From: Chitinivibrionales bacterium
GTDB taxonomy: Bacteria; Fibrobacterota; Chitinivibrionia; Chitinivibrionales; WJKA01
Assembly (NCBI GenBank): GCA_038247415.1
Contig: JBBRUX010000009.1
Coordinates: forward strand, 35,498 to 99,497
Direction of reading: 5' to 3'
DNA: 64,000 nucleotides
Shown: positions 8,545-18,907 of the stretch, in pieces
Layout: each line of letters starts with the position of its first letter
Position numbering within the stretch: position 1 is the stretch's first letter
Program-made: the position numbers and the translations under genes
The notes under the pieces: model-generated
Database searches by the model: none
What the model saw: only the letters and a program-made list of their open reading frames with translations
What the model was told of the DNA's origin: nothing

Positions 8545-9981
8545 ATGTATAAAAATGCACGTGCGATCGACCAGTTGTTTCATGCTTCATGCATTATAAT
8601 GGGTCTTTTTACGACATCCCTTGTTGCTGATATCGTAATAACGGAGGAAGCGCGCAAAGATCTCGCTATTACTATATATAAAGATTTTGGTGTGGTTCGA
8701 GATACAAGGACAGCAGACCTTCCTAAAGGGATAAATCGTATCCGTTTCGAAACGGTTGCCGCTCAATTGGATCCTGCGTCTGCGATTCTCGATGCAACAC
8801 GAGCCGAAGCTAAAATTGATGTGTGGGAGCAATCGTACGAGTTTGACTTGGTAAGCCCCGAAAAACTACTCGAGAAATTTATCGGAAAGCAATTACAGAT
8901 TATTCCAAGCAAAACTATTTGGCCAGATTCGGGCATTCAAAACGCCGAACTTATTAGCGTTCATGGAAGGGAACCGGTTTTTCGGATCGGTCCTAACATC
9001 ACATCAGGTCAAATCGGGCAGATTCTATTTCCGTATATGCCGGATAATTTGTTCACAAAGCCTACGCTCATCTGGCAGATTTCATCTCCAAAAAAACAGC
9101 GCATCGATTTGGGTGTAACATATGTTACCAATAATATTGCATGGCACTCAGATTATGTGCTTACCCTCGATAAAACAGGCAAGAGCGCTTCTCTGGTTGG
9201 ATGGCTTACTATCGAAAATAATAGCGGAATGGACTACGACAAGGCGAATTTTATTTGCGTTGCAGGTGATGTTAATCATGGGATAATGCCTCGCGATCAA
9301 ATTCAAAGACCTCTCATGAAAAGTATTTTGTCCGAAGATATCGCTCAAGGATCAAATCCCGAAAAGGCTTTTGAATTTTATACCTTTTCCGTAAAATCTC
9401 CTGTAAGCGTACGCAATAATCAAACGAAACAGGTGTTGTGGCTTCCAGAAACAAAGGTTGCAACAAATCCGTCCTATGTGGTGGATTTTTCGTCCGCCCC
9501 AGTCTTTATACGGGATGGGGCACCCCAGATTCGACAAAATGCGTCGTCTGTATTGACATTTGGAAATACTACGGCGGCAGGGCTTGGTCTTTCTATGCCG
9601 CGTGGTGTTGTGAGGGTTTTTGCCCGGGATGCAACCGGATACGCTTCTTTTGCAGGAGAGCAATGGCTTGATGATGTTGCAATTGATCGGACTGTTACCG
9701 TTGCGGCGGCCAACGCGTTTGATATTGTGGCAGAGCGAAAAGACCTTGAAGTTAGACGCAAGCAAGATGGCAACTTTGAAGTTAATCGACAAATTACGAT
9801 TACCAATTCCAAAGACAAAGATGTTATACTTAAAATACTAGAAAACGTTGGTGTTGGTGGCAAAGTGGTAAAATCTAATTTTGAAGCCAAAAAAATGTCA
9901 GCAGCAATTGTTGAATGGACGGTTTCTGTTCCTGCACATGGAGTGTATGTGCTTGATGCGCTTATTAGCAGCAGAGATTGA
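8545..9981 (+). CDS. DUF4139-domain secreted protein
   Basis: LAITIY..GVVRDTR, EQSYEFDL, GWLTIENNSG, NNQTKQV, MPRGVVRVF. Confidence 0.85.
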   Translation: MYKNARAIDQLFHASCIIMGLFTTSLVADIVITEEARKDLAITIYKDFGVVRDTRTADLPKGINRIRFETVAAQLDPASAILDATRAEAKIDVWEQSYEFDLVSPEKLLEKFIGKQLQIIPSKTIWPDSGIQNAELISVHGREPVFRIGPNITSGQIGQILFPYMPDNLFTKPTLIWQISSPKKQRIDLGVTYVTNNIAWHSDYVLTLDKTGKSASLVGWLTIENNSGMDYDKANFICVAGDVNHGIMPRDQIQRPLMKSILSEDIAQGSNPEKAFEFYTFSVKSPVSVRNNQTKQVLWLPETKVATNPSYVVDFSSAPVFIRDGAPQIRQNASSVLTFGNTTAAGLGLSMPRGVVRVFARDATGYASFAGEQWLDDVAIDRTVTVAAANAFDIVAERKDLEVRRKQDGNFEVNRQITITNSKDKDVILKILENVGVGGKVVKSNFEAKKMSAAIVEWTVSVPAHGVYVLDALISSRD

Positions 9982-10027
9982 GTGCACTAAAGGAGCTCAT
10001 TTTTAACTAGACGAGTAGATCGAGACT

Positions 10028-12103
10028 ATGGTGCAAGAAACCAGAAAAAATATTCTGGGAAAAACTAAGGCGATTTTCATTGAGGAAGTCAAGACCGAAC
10101 GCTGGACTTCGTGGATACGCCTTGGATTAGGGCTTTTGGGAGCACTGGTTTTTACAATAGAGTATCGCTTGGGGCTTTTGCCTTTATCGATCTTTTGTAT
10201 TCAGTTCGGCTGCATGGCTGTACTTTCTGGATACAGTGCATTTTTTATCTTGTATTTTAGCCGACCAGAAATTCAGCGCCGCTCCGGATTCCTTCTTGTC
10301 TTTTTCGACGTTACCATTGTCACCTATTTAATTTGGTCGTTTTTTCTTAATGGGGCTAGCGCCCCCTCAATTCATTCGTCATTATTTTGCGCATATTTTA
10401 TAGCAATCGCCTTTACGGCACTTAACCATCGTGCACGTTATGCTTTGTTTGGTGGGGCACTGGCGGTTATAGAATATTCCTTTGTGTATTTCTATTTTAT
10501 CGAGCCACGTTCTGCAGATCAGGCAGATTCTCCCTACGGATTTATCCTCAGAATATTTTCATTGATGCTAGTCGCATATCTTGGCGGTTTTATATCCCGT
10601 AAAAATTATCGCACGATTCATAAAATGGTACGTTCCGAAATGCGCTACCAGAAGCTCGTGCACCGTTTGCCAGAAATGCTCTTTACTATCGACCAACTTG
10701 GGGTGTTTACTTGGGCTAATACAACATGTCATACCATTTTAGGAATACCTGCCAAATCAATTATTGGTAGGAACCTCCGCGAATTTATTGTTTCACCCAA
10801 AGAACTGAGGCTTCGCGCAGAAGGCATTCGGGAAACTTTGGAGATAAAAGATTTCGAAGGTGCCATTAAATTTGTAGAATGCACAATACGGCCAGCCGAT
10901 CCCGAGGATAAAAAAGCAGCGTGGGAAGGGATTCTTTCAGATATCACCGACCGCGAAACTGCAATTTCGCAACGTGAGATTATGTCCAACCGCTTGTTCC
11001 AGTATCAAAAAATGGAATCGCTTGGTACCTTGGCAAGCGGGATGGCACACGATTTTAATAATATTTTGCAGACAGTCAATGATATGGTTTCTATGGTTAA
11101 GCAAGAAACCAATGAGCAGGAAACTAATAAACGCATGGATCTTATGGCCGAGTCTCTTGCCGAAGCAAAGTTTCTTGTTTCTGAATTGTTTGCGCTCGGT
11201 CGCAAAAAACCTCTTGATTACAAACCAATTAGCATTCGACACTACTTCGAGCACATATTGCCTTTATTCCGAAACCAACTTGGGCCCCAATTCGAGATCG
11301 TTGTACGCGCAGCAAAAGATCCACTGTATATTCAAGGTGATCCCGAATATCTTAAGCGCGTGTTTCAAAATCTTATTGGGAACTCGCGGGATGCAATGCC
11401 CAGTGGTGGAAAAATTACCATCGAATGTTTTGCCGAAGGTAAAGAAAATTCAATGCGGAGTATTGTCATACGGTTTATTGATACGGGTACCGGTATGCCA
11501 TCCGAACTTACAGAATCGGTGTTCGATCCATTCTTTACAACAAAAAAACCTGGCAAGGGAACCGGATTAGGTCTGGCTCTTGTGCGGCGCATTGTTAATC
11601 TGCATAAAGGTCATGTTTTTATTGAGCGTACCAGTTCTGCGGGAACGGTCTTTCGCATCGAATTCCCGGAGTCTGAAAGGGGCGCCACCGATACCGATAC
11701 AACATTTATTATGCTCAATCGGCTCAATTCCCGAATTCTGTTGCTTGACGATGATGCAAAAATCAGGGATATTCTTAAAGTGTTCGTGAAGTCTTTTGGT
11801 CATACCGTTTGTGAATCGGGTACCGCCGAAGAAGCAGAGACTGAACTGCGCAAATATGTCTCGGAAGTGAGTATCGTTATGATGGATTGGCGCATTGGTG
11901 CCGATGATCCCCATCAGGCTATTGCCGCCCTGCGCTCTATAAAGCCAGAGCTTGTTATTATGGTTGTATCTGGATACCCACCTCAACCTAAAAGCATAGA
12001 AGCACTCAAAATTGATAAGTGGTTTACAAAGCCATACGACAAAAATGTTCTTGACCTCGAAATTCAGAGAGCGCTCTTTCGGATTCAGAAAACAAAATCC
12101 TAA
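10028..12103 (+). CDS. Membrane hybrid histidine kinase (multi-TM, PAS, HisKA/HATPase, receiver)
   Basis: QKMESLGTLASGMAHDFNN, DTGTGM, FDPFFTTK, GTGLGL; receiver LLLDDD, MMDW, KP. Confidence 0.93.
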   Translation: MVQETRKNILGKTKAIFIEEVKTERWTSWIRLGLGLLGALVFTIEYRLGLLPLSIFCIQFGCMAVLSGYSAFFILYFSRPEIQRRSGFLLVFFDVTIVTYLIWSFFLNGASAPSIHSSLFCAYFIAIAFTALNHRARYALFGGALAVIEYSFVYFYFIEPRSADQADSPYGFILRIFSLMLVAYLGGFISRKNYRTIHKMVRSEMRYQKLVHRLPEMLFTIDQLGVFTWANTTCHTILGIPAKSIIGRNLREFIVSPKELRLRAEGIRETLEIKDFEGAIKFVECTIRPADPEDKKAAWEGILSDITDRETAISQREIMSNRLFQYQKMESLGTLASGMAHDFNNILQTVNDMVSMVKQETNEQETNKRMDLMAESLAEAKFLVSELFALGRKKPLDYKPISIRHYFEHILPLFRNQLGPQFEIVVRAAKDPLYIQGDPEYLKRVFQNLIGNSRDAMPSGGKITIECFAEGKENSMRSIVIRFIDTGTGMPSELTESVFDPFFTTKKPGKGTGLGLALVRRIVNLHKGHVFIERTSSAGTVFRIEFPESERGATDTDTTFIMLNRLNSRILLLDDDAKIRDILKVFVKSFGHTVCESGTAEEAETELRKYVSEVSIVMMDWRIGADDPHQAIAALRSIKPELVIMVVSGYPPQPKSIEALKIDKWFTKPYDKNVLDLEIQRALFRIQKTKS

Positions 12104-12108
12104 AAAGT

Positions 12109-12597
12109 TTAGGCGATGTGATGTTGCTTTCTGTAAATCTCTGGGGTTGTCTTGCAGTATTCTTTGAAGGTTTTTCGCATTTCTTGAATGCTTTTAAATC
12201 CACATGACGAAGCTATAAATTCCTCATTAGTACGTGTTGAACGCAGGCGTTCTTTGATGAGTTCAACCCTCATTGATTGGACATAATCGCGTATTTGTTC
12301 TCCGCTAAAAGCAACAACCGCTTTTTTAAGTGCGCGTGGTGAAATAGCGAGTTCGAGCGCCATCATTGAAACGGTAATGGTTGGATTGATACATCGGGAA
12401 TCGAGATGCTTTTTGATCCGATTAAACTCTGCCAAAATAGCAGGAGTTATTTTGGTTGGAAATGTTTTTTTTATAAATCGAACAATCCCATAGGTCACAA
12501 GCGTTGCGCCCACAAATGAGCCAGCCCCGTAAACAAGTGCCGATTTGATCCATGGGGTTGATTCCGAATAAGCTTGGAATGCTTGCGCATTCTGCAA
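12109..12597 (-). CDS. Membrane-anchored AraC-family regulator (true start may be ATA at 12627)
   Basis: TM segment then AraC HTH (IASSCGFKS..FKEYCKTTPEIYRK). Confidence 0.75.
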   Translation of the reverse strand: MQNAQAFQAYSESTPWIKSALVYGAGSFVGATLVTYGIVRFIKKTFPTKITPAILAEFNRIKKHLDSRCINPTITVSMMALELAISPRALKKAVVAFSGEQIRDYVQSMRVELIKERLRSTRTNEEFIASSCGFKSIQEMRKTFKEYCKTTPEIYRKQHHIA

Positions 12598-12659
12598 AAA
12601 AGTTAAAATAAAAAGTCCAATTTTTATGGGGTAGAAAGCTCGCTTGGCGCATCAAAAAA

Positions 12660-12733
12660 TGGGCGCAGAAGGATTCGAACCTTCGATCTCCGCGATGTGA
12701 ACGCGGCGCTCTAACCAGCTGAGCCATGCGCCC
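12660..12733 (-). tRNA. tRNA-Val (anticodon CAC)
   Basis: GGGCGCA acceptor stem, GCTCAGCTGGTTAGAGC D arm, CCGCG-TTCACAT-CGCGG anticodon arm, GGTTCGAATCC T arm; CCA not encoded. Confidence 0.97.
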
Positions 12734-12881
12734 AAAATAAGTCGTTGAAAAAGCGAAATAAAAATACAATATGTGGGAGCTTAACACGAAATTTTTTTAG
12801 GTTTCTTTTAATATTATTGTTTAAATTGTTATTGGCTAATCTCATTAAAATGATGTTTGGTATCAAGGAGAATTTTCATAC

Positions 12882-13904
12882 ATGCGTATGCTTTCGAGAA
12901 TATTTTGTATGGCGGTCGCCGTGGGGGCCATGCTCGTGCATGGACAAGATACGTATTACTCTTCGGAAACGAAGGAGCTTTTTTTTCTTGCCGATCAAGC
13001 TGCAATAGCTAACTCCGACTTGTGTTTTACCTCAGACGCAATGCCTACATCCAACCCTGCTCGAATTGGACAAAATCTAAATGGCAGAATGACCAATCGG
13101 CTTTCCCTTGGGTATGCCGGATTTTTTGAGAATTCATTTGGGACTTCTGTGTTGCCCTATTCCATATCGCTCGACGACAGAAGCGGTTGTGGTGTAGTTC
13201 TTGGCTACCTGTATGTTCCGGGGATTATTGATAATACGGGTTCAACGGTTGGCCTGGATAGCACTATCCAGCTTAAAGAGGAAATCGGGTTTGCTTCTAT
13301 CACGCATTTTCGGGCAGGGTATTCTTATACGATTTTTTCAAGCAAACGTTTAAATGTGTCAACCGGAGCCGTTGTTAATGCTCGTCGAACTAATTTGCTG
13401 GGGGAAACGGGGTATGGTATAGGAGTTGATGCTGGTCTTGCTCTCTTATCTCCTCGCACAGGATTGGCAGCATCAGTTGTTGTGAATAACCTCTTTGGGC
13501 ATGCCATGAGGTGGAGTGCTGATTATTCAGATTTCGCCTACCCTCAGCTTCGAGTAGGGCTTGGATATTCAAAAGAAATACCTTATCTTTACGGTTCGAT
13601 TACCATAACAGTTGCCTCGTTAGACCTTTTTGGAAATGAGGGTGTTAACGATAATGGTTCCGATCCTCGGTGGTTGCATGCATCCAAAATGTCTGATATT
13701 GGTGCCATTATTGGGAATAGTTCGCTTGGAATTGCCTATGAAATTGCTGATCGTGTTACGCTTCGGGTCGGGCACTCCGATTTGCATCCCTGGACGATTG
13801 GAGCAGGAATTGGCCTTTTCAATAAACGTTTGATTATCGATTGTGCTTATCTTGATCAGGAAATTGCCGGAACGTATCAGCTGAGTCTTACCAGCCAGTG
13901 GTAG
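12882..13904 (+). CDS. PorV/PorQ-like (FadL-type) outer-membrane beta-barrel
   Basis: Signal peptide, SNPA hatch motif, GIGVDAG, LRVGLGY, terminal aromatic (SLTSQW). Confidence 0.7.
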   Translation: MRMLSRIFCMAVAVGAMLVHGQDTYYSSETKELFFLADQAAIANSDLCFTSDAMPTSNPARIGQNLNGRMTNRLSLGYAGFFENSFGTSVLPYSISLDDRSGCGVVLGYLYVPGIIDNTGSTVGLDSTIQLKEEIGFASITHFRAGYSYTIFSSKRLNVSTGAVVNARRTNLLGETGYGIGVDAGLALLSPRTGLAASVVVNNLFGHAMRWSADYSDFAYPQLRVGLGYSKEIPYLYGSITITVASLDLFGNEGVNDNGSDPRWLHASKMSDIGAIIGNSSLGIAYEIADRVTLRVGHSDLHPWTIGAGIGLFNKRLIIDCAYLDQEIAGTYQLSLTSQW

Positions 13905-14029
13905 CTGCACGCGATTTCACAGGCCTTGCTCCGCATCACGTGATGTCGTAACGTATTTTATTCAGAGTAAGCCGCATAATCAAGGGTTTAGCCCGCACAT
14001 TTTAACGATAGTTTACTGTACAGTACCGC

Positions 14030-16000
14030 ATGAATACTATTGCTGAATATCCAATCTTGGTTGCCGATGATGACGAGGCTCTCTGCCGGGTTATTGCTGA
14101 ATATCTCACCAGTAAAGGGTATACAACAATACGAGCTCATAATGGCAAAGAGGCTCTCGATTCATACTATCTCAACAAACCTCAATGCATGATTGTCGAT
14201 ATCAAGATGCCGGTTATGGATGGCTTGACTTTTTTAGAAAAAGTTAGAACGAATGGTGCACATGTTCCCGTAATCATGACAACGGGAGATCCAGATGTGC
14301 AAACTGCCATACGAGCAATTCAAAGCGGAGCATTTGATTTTTTAGTTAAGCCTCTGGATCTCGAGGTTCTTGCCGAAAAGGTTTCTGATGCAATCGCTCA
14401 AGTTCAAAATTCTCACGAACAAGCGGTTATATCTGAACTTACATCGCTGCACGAAATTAGCAATAAGTTAACGCATACCCAAGATCTTACCTACTTGCTC
14501 GATGTCACGCTGAAGTGTTGTCTCGAATTAACCGGTGCCGATTCTGGCTCTATAATGCTTGTTAATAAGATGTTTCGAGAGCTTGTGATTGTTCAGCATA
14601 AGGGAGTTTTGCCTCCCATGATGAAATCATCAATCGATTCTTCTCTGGAGTGGCCCATTGCGAAATGGGTTCTTCGCAATAGCGCATCATTGCTTATTAC
14701 CGATGATAAAATTGCTCAGGGTGTAATTCTTCCGCTTGAGCGGCGTGACATAAAATCGTCTATCTGTGTTCCATTGTTTGCAGGCACAGAAACCATCGGT
14801 GTTATAAATCTAAATCGATTGGTTGGCAAGACGAATTTTAATTCGATGCATCAGAAAATTGTTGAGGTACTCTCTTCTCAAGCAGGGATTGCTATAAATA
14901 ATGCCAATTTGTATACGTCAATTAATCAAAAACTCGAAGAACTATCCCTCATAAGTAACTACTCTGAACAACTCATGGGTCTTGTCGATCGCGAAGATGT
15001 TATTGGGTGTCTTTTCCATACAGTAAAACAATATTTTCCTATCGATGTTATAGGGTATCTTGCTACTCAAAAACGAAGGTTTGAATTTATTTATTGGTCT
15101 CGGGGGCCTCTGGGAGACGATGAACTCAATGAGATTCGCGATGAAGTTGTAAATCAATTCAATACAGAAGCTCATGCGAGAGTTTCTATACGACGTGTTG
15201 CTTTGCGCCGTTGGCCAATGCCTAGTGTTTCGGATGTGCCAATCCACTTGCCTTTACTGTTTCGTCATTCTATCCGAATCAATATCGAGGAAAACGAATT
15301 TGGCATGCTTTATTTTGGTGCTGGTGTGGGGCTTGATAATCTCGAAGAGAAAATGTCTTTGTTGTCTAGTTTAATTAACCAAACTAGAATTGCCCTCACG
15401 AATGCAAAGCTCTATGGGGACATGAAAGAAAACTACATCAAGACAATAAAGGCACTGGCAATTGCCGTTGATGCCAAGGATACGTATACCCATGGTCATT
15501 CCGAAAATGTCATGAATATTGCTGCAGAGATTTCGCAGGAAATGGGTTTAGACGAAAAGCAAATTGGTACAATCCGAGATGGCGCACTCTTGCATGATAT
15601 CGGTAAAATCGGGATTCCGGGATATATTCTCAATAAGCCAGGATCGCTTACCTACGAAGAATTTAATGGAATCATGAAAACGCATGCAGCATTAGGTGCA
15701 AATATTGTAAAGGATGTTCCTTTTTTACGCGATTTGTATAAACTGATTTTGTGTCATCACGAAAATTACGATGGTAGCGGGTATCCTGCCGGATTAAAGG
15801 GAGAAGATATTCCCTTTGGTGCGAGAATACTGCATGTTGCAGATGCCTTTGAAGCAATGACGTCTAATCGTCCATATCGAACGAGTTTAGGGCAAGGAGA
15901 AGCTATCAAGCGACTTGCGCTTGAGCGTGGTTCTCAGTTTGATCCCACTATTGTCGACGCATTTTTTTGTGTAGCTAAACGTAAAGGATGGCTTTCTTAA
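14030..16000 (+). CDS. Receiver-GAF-HD-GYP cyclic dinucleotide phosphodiesterase
   Basis: LVADDD, DIKMP receiver; GAF; LLHDIGKIG, HHENYDGSGYP, RPYR. Confidence 0.93.
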   Translation: MNTIAEYPILVADDDEALCRVIAEYLTSKGYTTIRAHNGKEALDSYYLNKPQCMIVDIKMPVMDGLTFLEKVRTNGAHVPVIMTTGDPDVQTAIRAIQSGAFDFLVKPLDLEVLAEKVSDAIAQVQNSHEQAVISELTSLHEISNKLTHTQDLTYLLDVTLKCCLELTGADSGSIMLVNKMFRELVIVQHKGVLPPMMKSSIDSSLEWPIAKWVLRNSASLLITDDKIAQGVILPLERRDIKSSICVPLFAGTETIGVINLNRLVGKTNFNSMHQKIVEVLSSQAGIAINNANLYTSINQKLEELSLISNYSEQLMGLVDREDVIGCLFHTVKQYFPIDVIGYLATQKRRFEFIYWSRGPLGDDELNEIRDEVVNQFNTEAHARVSIRRVALRRWPMPSVSDVPIHLPLLFRHSIRINIEENEFGMLYFGAGVGLDNLEEKMSLLSSLINQTRIALTNAKLYGDMKENYIKTIKALAIAVDAKDTYTHGHSENVMNIAAEISQEMGLDEKQIGTIRDGALLHDIGKIGIPGYILNKPGSLTYEEFNGIMKTHAALGANIVKDVPFLRDLYKLILCHHENYDGSGYPAGLKGEDIPFGARILHVADAFEAMTSNRPYRTSLGQGEAIKRLALERGSQFDPTIVDAFFCVAKRKGWLS

Positions 16001-16026
16001 CCCTTGTAAGGAAAGATGGTGAATTC

Positions 16027-17034
16027 ATGTCTGTAAAGCGTATTGTGGTTGTCATGGTTTTTGTTGCAGCACTTGCAGGATGTTCTAAGCCCAAAGTTGT
16101 TCCCAATGGGGCTATTTCGGTCAATGGCGAGTGGATACTTAAAAATGAGCTTGCTTCGGTTGAGGCTGCAATGCAAAATGACCCTCAAAATTCGCCCTCG
16201 GCGCTTTTTGGTAGTGATGGTAGCATGCTTAAAAAAATGATTGCGCAGCAAGTTGTCGGGCAAAAACTCCTGCTTGCAGAGGCTCATTCTCGGGGCATAA
16301 AGCCAGATACAACAATGGTTGCCAAAAATCTCGAATCGATCGAAAAACGTTTTCCTGATAAGGCAACTTTCGAACGGGAGCTTACCGCTGCAGGTCAAAG
16401 CAGAGAAACTCTCAAAAAGCAGATTATGGAAGGTGTCATGCTCGATTCTCTTATGAAAAGCATTTTAATTTCAAAAGATTCAATTCCAGAAGCAGAAGTT
16501 AAAAGCTACTACGACGAGAATAAAGCTAAATTCGTTTCACCACCCAAGTTTCGGTTAAGCCTCATTATGATAAGTGTTCCGGCAAAGGCAACCGAATCGG
16601 CTAAATCTTTGGCACGTAAAAAAGCCGATGATGCCTATGCTCAGTGCAAAGCGGGAAAAAACTTTGCCGATATTGCTAAAAAGTTTTCGGATGGCCCTGG
16701 TGCCGATGCCGGGGGAGATATCGGCTGGTTTGAAAATGGAAGTATGAATCCAATTTTCGATAAGCCAGCTTCAGGCCTTAAAACAGGCGATATCAGCGAA
16801 GTGGTACAAGCGGAACCGGGGTTCATCATACTAAAAAGAACCGAGGAAAAAGCCGCTGATCCCGCATCCTACGAAAAAGTACGCATGCAGATTACCATGA
16901 GCTTGCAAATGAAGAAGCGTGCCGAACTTGTTTCTGCGCATGTCAATGAAATCTATGCAAAAAGCAAGGTGGTGTATGCAGATACATCGTATAAGCCCAC
17001 TACCGAAATGCTGGCTAAATTGAAAGCGAAATAA
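16027..17034 (+). CDS. SurA/PrsA-like parvulin peptidyl-prolyl isomerase lipoprotein
   Basis: Lipobox LAGC; FADIAKKFSDGP..GGDIGWF, GDISEVV; start at MSVKR preferred over 15988. Confidence 0.9.
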   Translation: MSVKRIVVVMVFVAALAGCSKPKVVPNGAISVNGEWILKNELASVEAAMQNDPQNSPSALFGSDGSMLKKMIAQQVVGQKLLLAEAHSRGIKPDTTMVAKNLESIEKRFPDKATFERELTAAGQSRETLKKQIMEGVMLDSLMKSILISKDSIPEAEVKSYYDENKAKFVSPPKFRLSLIMISVPAKATESAKSLARKKADDAYAQCKAGKNFADIAKKFSDGPGADAGGDIGWFENGSMNPIFDKPASGLKTGDISEVVQAEPGFIILKRTEEKAADPASYEKVRMQITMSLQMKKRAELVSAHVNEIYAKSKVVYADTSYKPTTEMLAKLKAK

Positions 17035-17036
17035 CT

Positions 17037-17498
17037 ATGGGTACTTCTTACCACAAACGCTTACCACGAGCGTGCATGGCAGCTCTGGTGCTTATTGTGG
17101 GGTGTCAAGTACTCTGTGGTCAGGTTGGAATAATCGCGTGTAGCGCCAGTGGCTTTAGAAATACCACTGGTGTTGCGCGTTTCGAGTTATATGCTTCAAG
17201 TAAAGATTTCCTCAATCATAAAAAAGCTACTTTTAGTACTACGGTAGCCCTGGGTCCAGAACCGGTCAAGGCACAATTTCAGTCGGTTCCTTTTGGTGAG
17301 TATGCAGTGGCAGTTTTTCACGATGAAAATAAAAACGGAATCCTTGACAAAAATTTTATTGGTATGCCCCTAGAGGGTTGTGGGTTTACTACACCAACAA
17401 AGCCTAAGGGTCCTGTTGCGTTTAATGATGCACGATTTGTACTCAACCAGGCAACGCGTTTGTGTGCGGTTCAGATTTCTTATATTTTCAAAAAGTAA
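17037..17498 (+). CDS. DUF2141-domain protein
   Basis: GEYAVAVFHDENKNGILDKNFIGMPLEGCGF. Confidence 0.9.
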   Translation: MGTSYHKRLPRACMAALVLIVGCQVLCGQVGIIACSASGFRNTTGVARFELYASSKDFLNHKKATFSTTVALGPEPVKAQFQSVPFGEYAVAVFHDENKNGILDKNFIGMPLEGCGFTTPTKPKGPVAFNDARFVLNQATRLCAVQISYIFKK

Positions 17499-17509
17499 AG
17501 ACTCTGACA

Positions 17510-18892
17510 ATGAAACCTGGTCAGCCCTTGAAATCCTCTCCTAAAATCCTCCTTGTTAGCACTAATCGTTATGCAGAACCTGCCCACGTTTATCCGCTTG
17601 GGTTAGCATGTATTGCATCTGCGAGTGAGTCGGCTGGATTTACTGTGCGCGTTTTTGATTGCGCTTTTGATACCGATATTGGCGCATGTATCTCCTCCTT
17701 TAATCCCGATTATATTGGTGTTTCATTACGCAATATCGATGATTGCTATATCGAGAATACACGATTTCTTTTGAACGAAGCATTAGAAATCGTTAGTCAG
17801 GTACAACAATTGTCTAAGGTGCCAATAATTTTAGGGGGTAGCGGATTTTCTATTTTCCCCGAGCACATACTAGCGGCTACTCATGCAACGTGTGGCGTTC
17901 TTGGCGAAGGCGAAGAAACTTTAGTTGAACTTATCAAGTGTTTAAGTCAATCTGGTGAAATCAGCAGTATCCCCGGAATTGTGTATTGGAAAGGCGAGAA
18001 AATTGTACAAACTCAAATCCGCCCTCCTTGTCAAACAGTATCGGTTTCTCGATCGTTTACCCCTCTGCTAAAACAGTATATCGATGCAGCTGGCATGCTC
18101 AATGTACAAACGCAACGAGGTTGTGGTTATCATTGTTGCTATTGTTCATACCCAATTATCGAGGGTAAGCAATGTCGATTTTTTGATCCCGCTCTCATTG
18201 CATTAGAATTTAAGCGTATCCAGGATGCGGGCGGGAAGTTTGTATTTATTACCGATTCGGTATTTAATACTTCGGTAGAGCACGTTGTCAAGGTATGCGA
18301 GGAACTTATTCGCCATGATAATTGCATACAATTTGGTTGCTTTTTGCGACCATCTCGTTTGACACCTGATGTATGCGCACTTTTAAAACGGGCCGGATTA
18401 ACCCATATTGAATTTGGTTCGGATAGTTTATGCGACGAAGTTTTACAGGAATATCAGAAGGGTTTTACGTTTGATGATATTGCGCACGCATCGGAATGCG
18501 CATATCGTGCTGGAATTCATTATGCTCATTTTCTTATATCCGGTGGCCCAGGCGAGACACTGCAAACCTTGCAAACTTCTTTCATTAATGCACAAAAACT
18601 AAAAAAAACAGTTTTTTTTCCTTTTATTGGTATGCGCATTTTTCCACAGACATCACTTTACAAGAGAGCTCTTCTGGAAAAAGTGATTTCGGTGGATACC
18701 AATCTGCTCGCACCACAATTTTATCTCTCTCCTCATATAACCCTCGATGCAGTAAAATCGGTTCTTTCCGAATACGCACGCAGTTCCTTTAATTGGATTG
18801 TGGGGGAGCCGTCTCCTGCTATGAAATCCCTTATGCAAGGGTTGCGAGCCAAAGGTGTTGTGGGGCCGTTGTGGGAATTTCTGACGCGGTAA
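17510..18892 (+). CDS. B12-binding radical SAM enzyme (lipid-biosynthesis-associated type)
   Basis: YPLGLA, IGVSLRNIDD, GEGE; QRGCGYHCCYCSY CxxxCxxC. Confidence 0.9.
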   Translation: MKPGQPLKSSPKILLVSTNRYAEPAHVYPLGLACIASASESAGFTVRVFDCAFDTDIGACISSFNPDYIGVSLRNIDDCYIENTRFLLNEALEIVSQVQQLSKVPIILGGSGFSIFPEHILAATHATCGVLGEGEETLVELIKCLSQSGEISSIPGIVYWKGEKIVQTQIRPPCQTVSVSRSFTPLLKQYIDAAGMLNVQTQRGCGYHCCYCSYPIIEGKQCRFFDPALIALEFKRIQDAGGKFVFITDSVFNTSVEHVVKVCEELIRHDNCIQFGCFLRPSRLTPDVCALLKRAGLTHIEFGSDSLCDEVLQEYQKGFTFDDIAHASECAYRAGIHYAHFLISGGPGETLQTLQTSFINAQKLKKTVFFPFIGMRIFPQTSLYKRALLEKVISVDTNLLAPQFYLSPHITLDAVKSVLSEYARSSFNWIVGEPSPAMKSLMQGLRAKGVVGPLWEFLTR

Positions 18893-18907
18893 AGAAGGGT
18901 AGCTTGC

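Noticed and set aside
12422..12787. ORF spanning tRNA-Val (likewise 32782-32967 over tRNA-Gly)
   Set aside because: Shadow ORFs over tRNA genes
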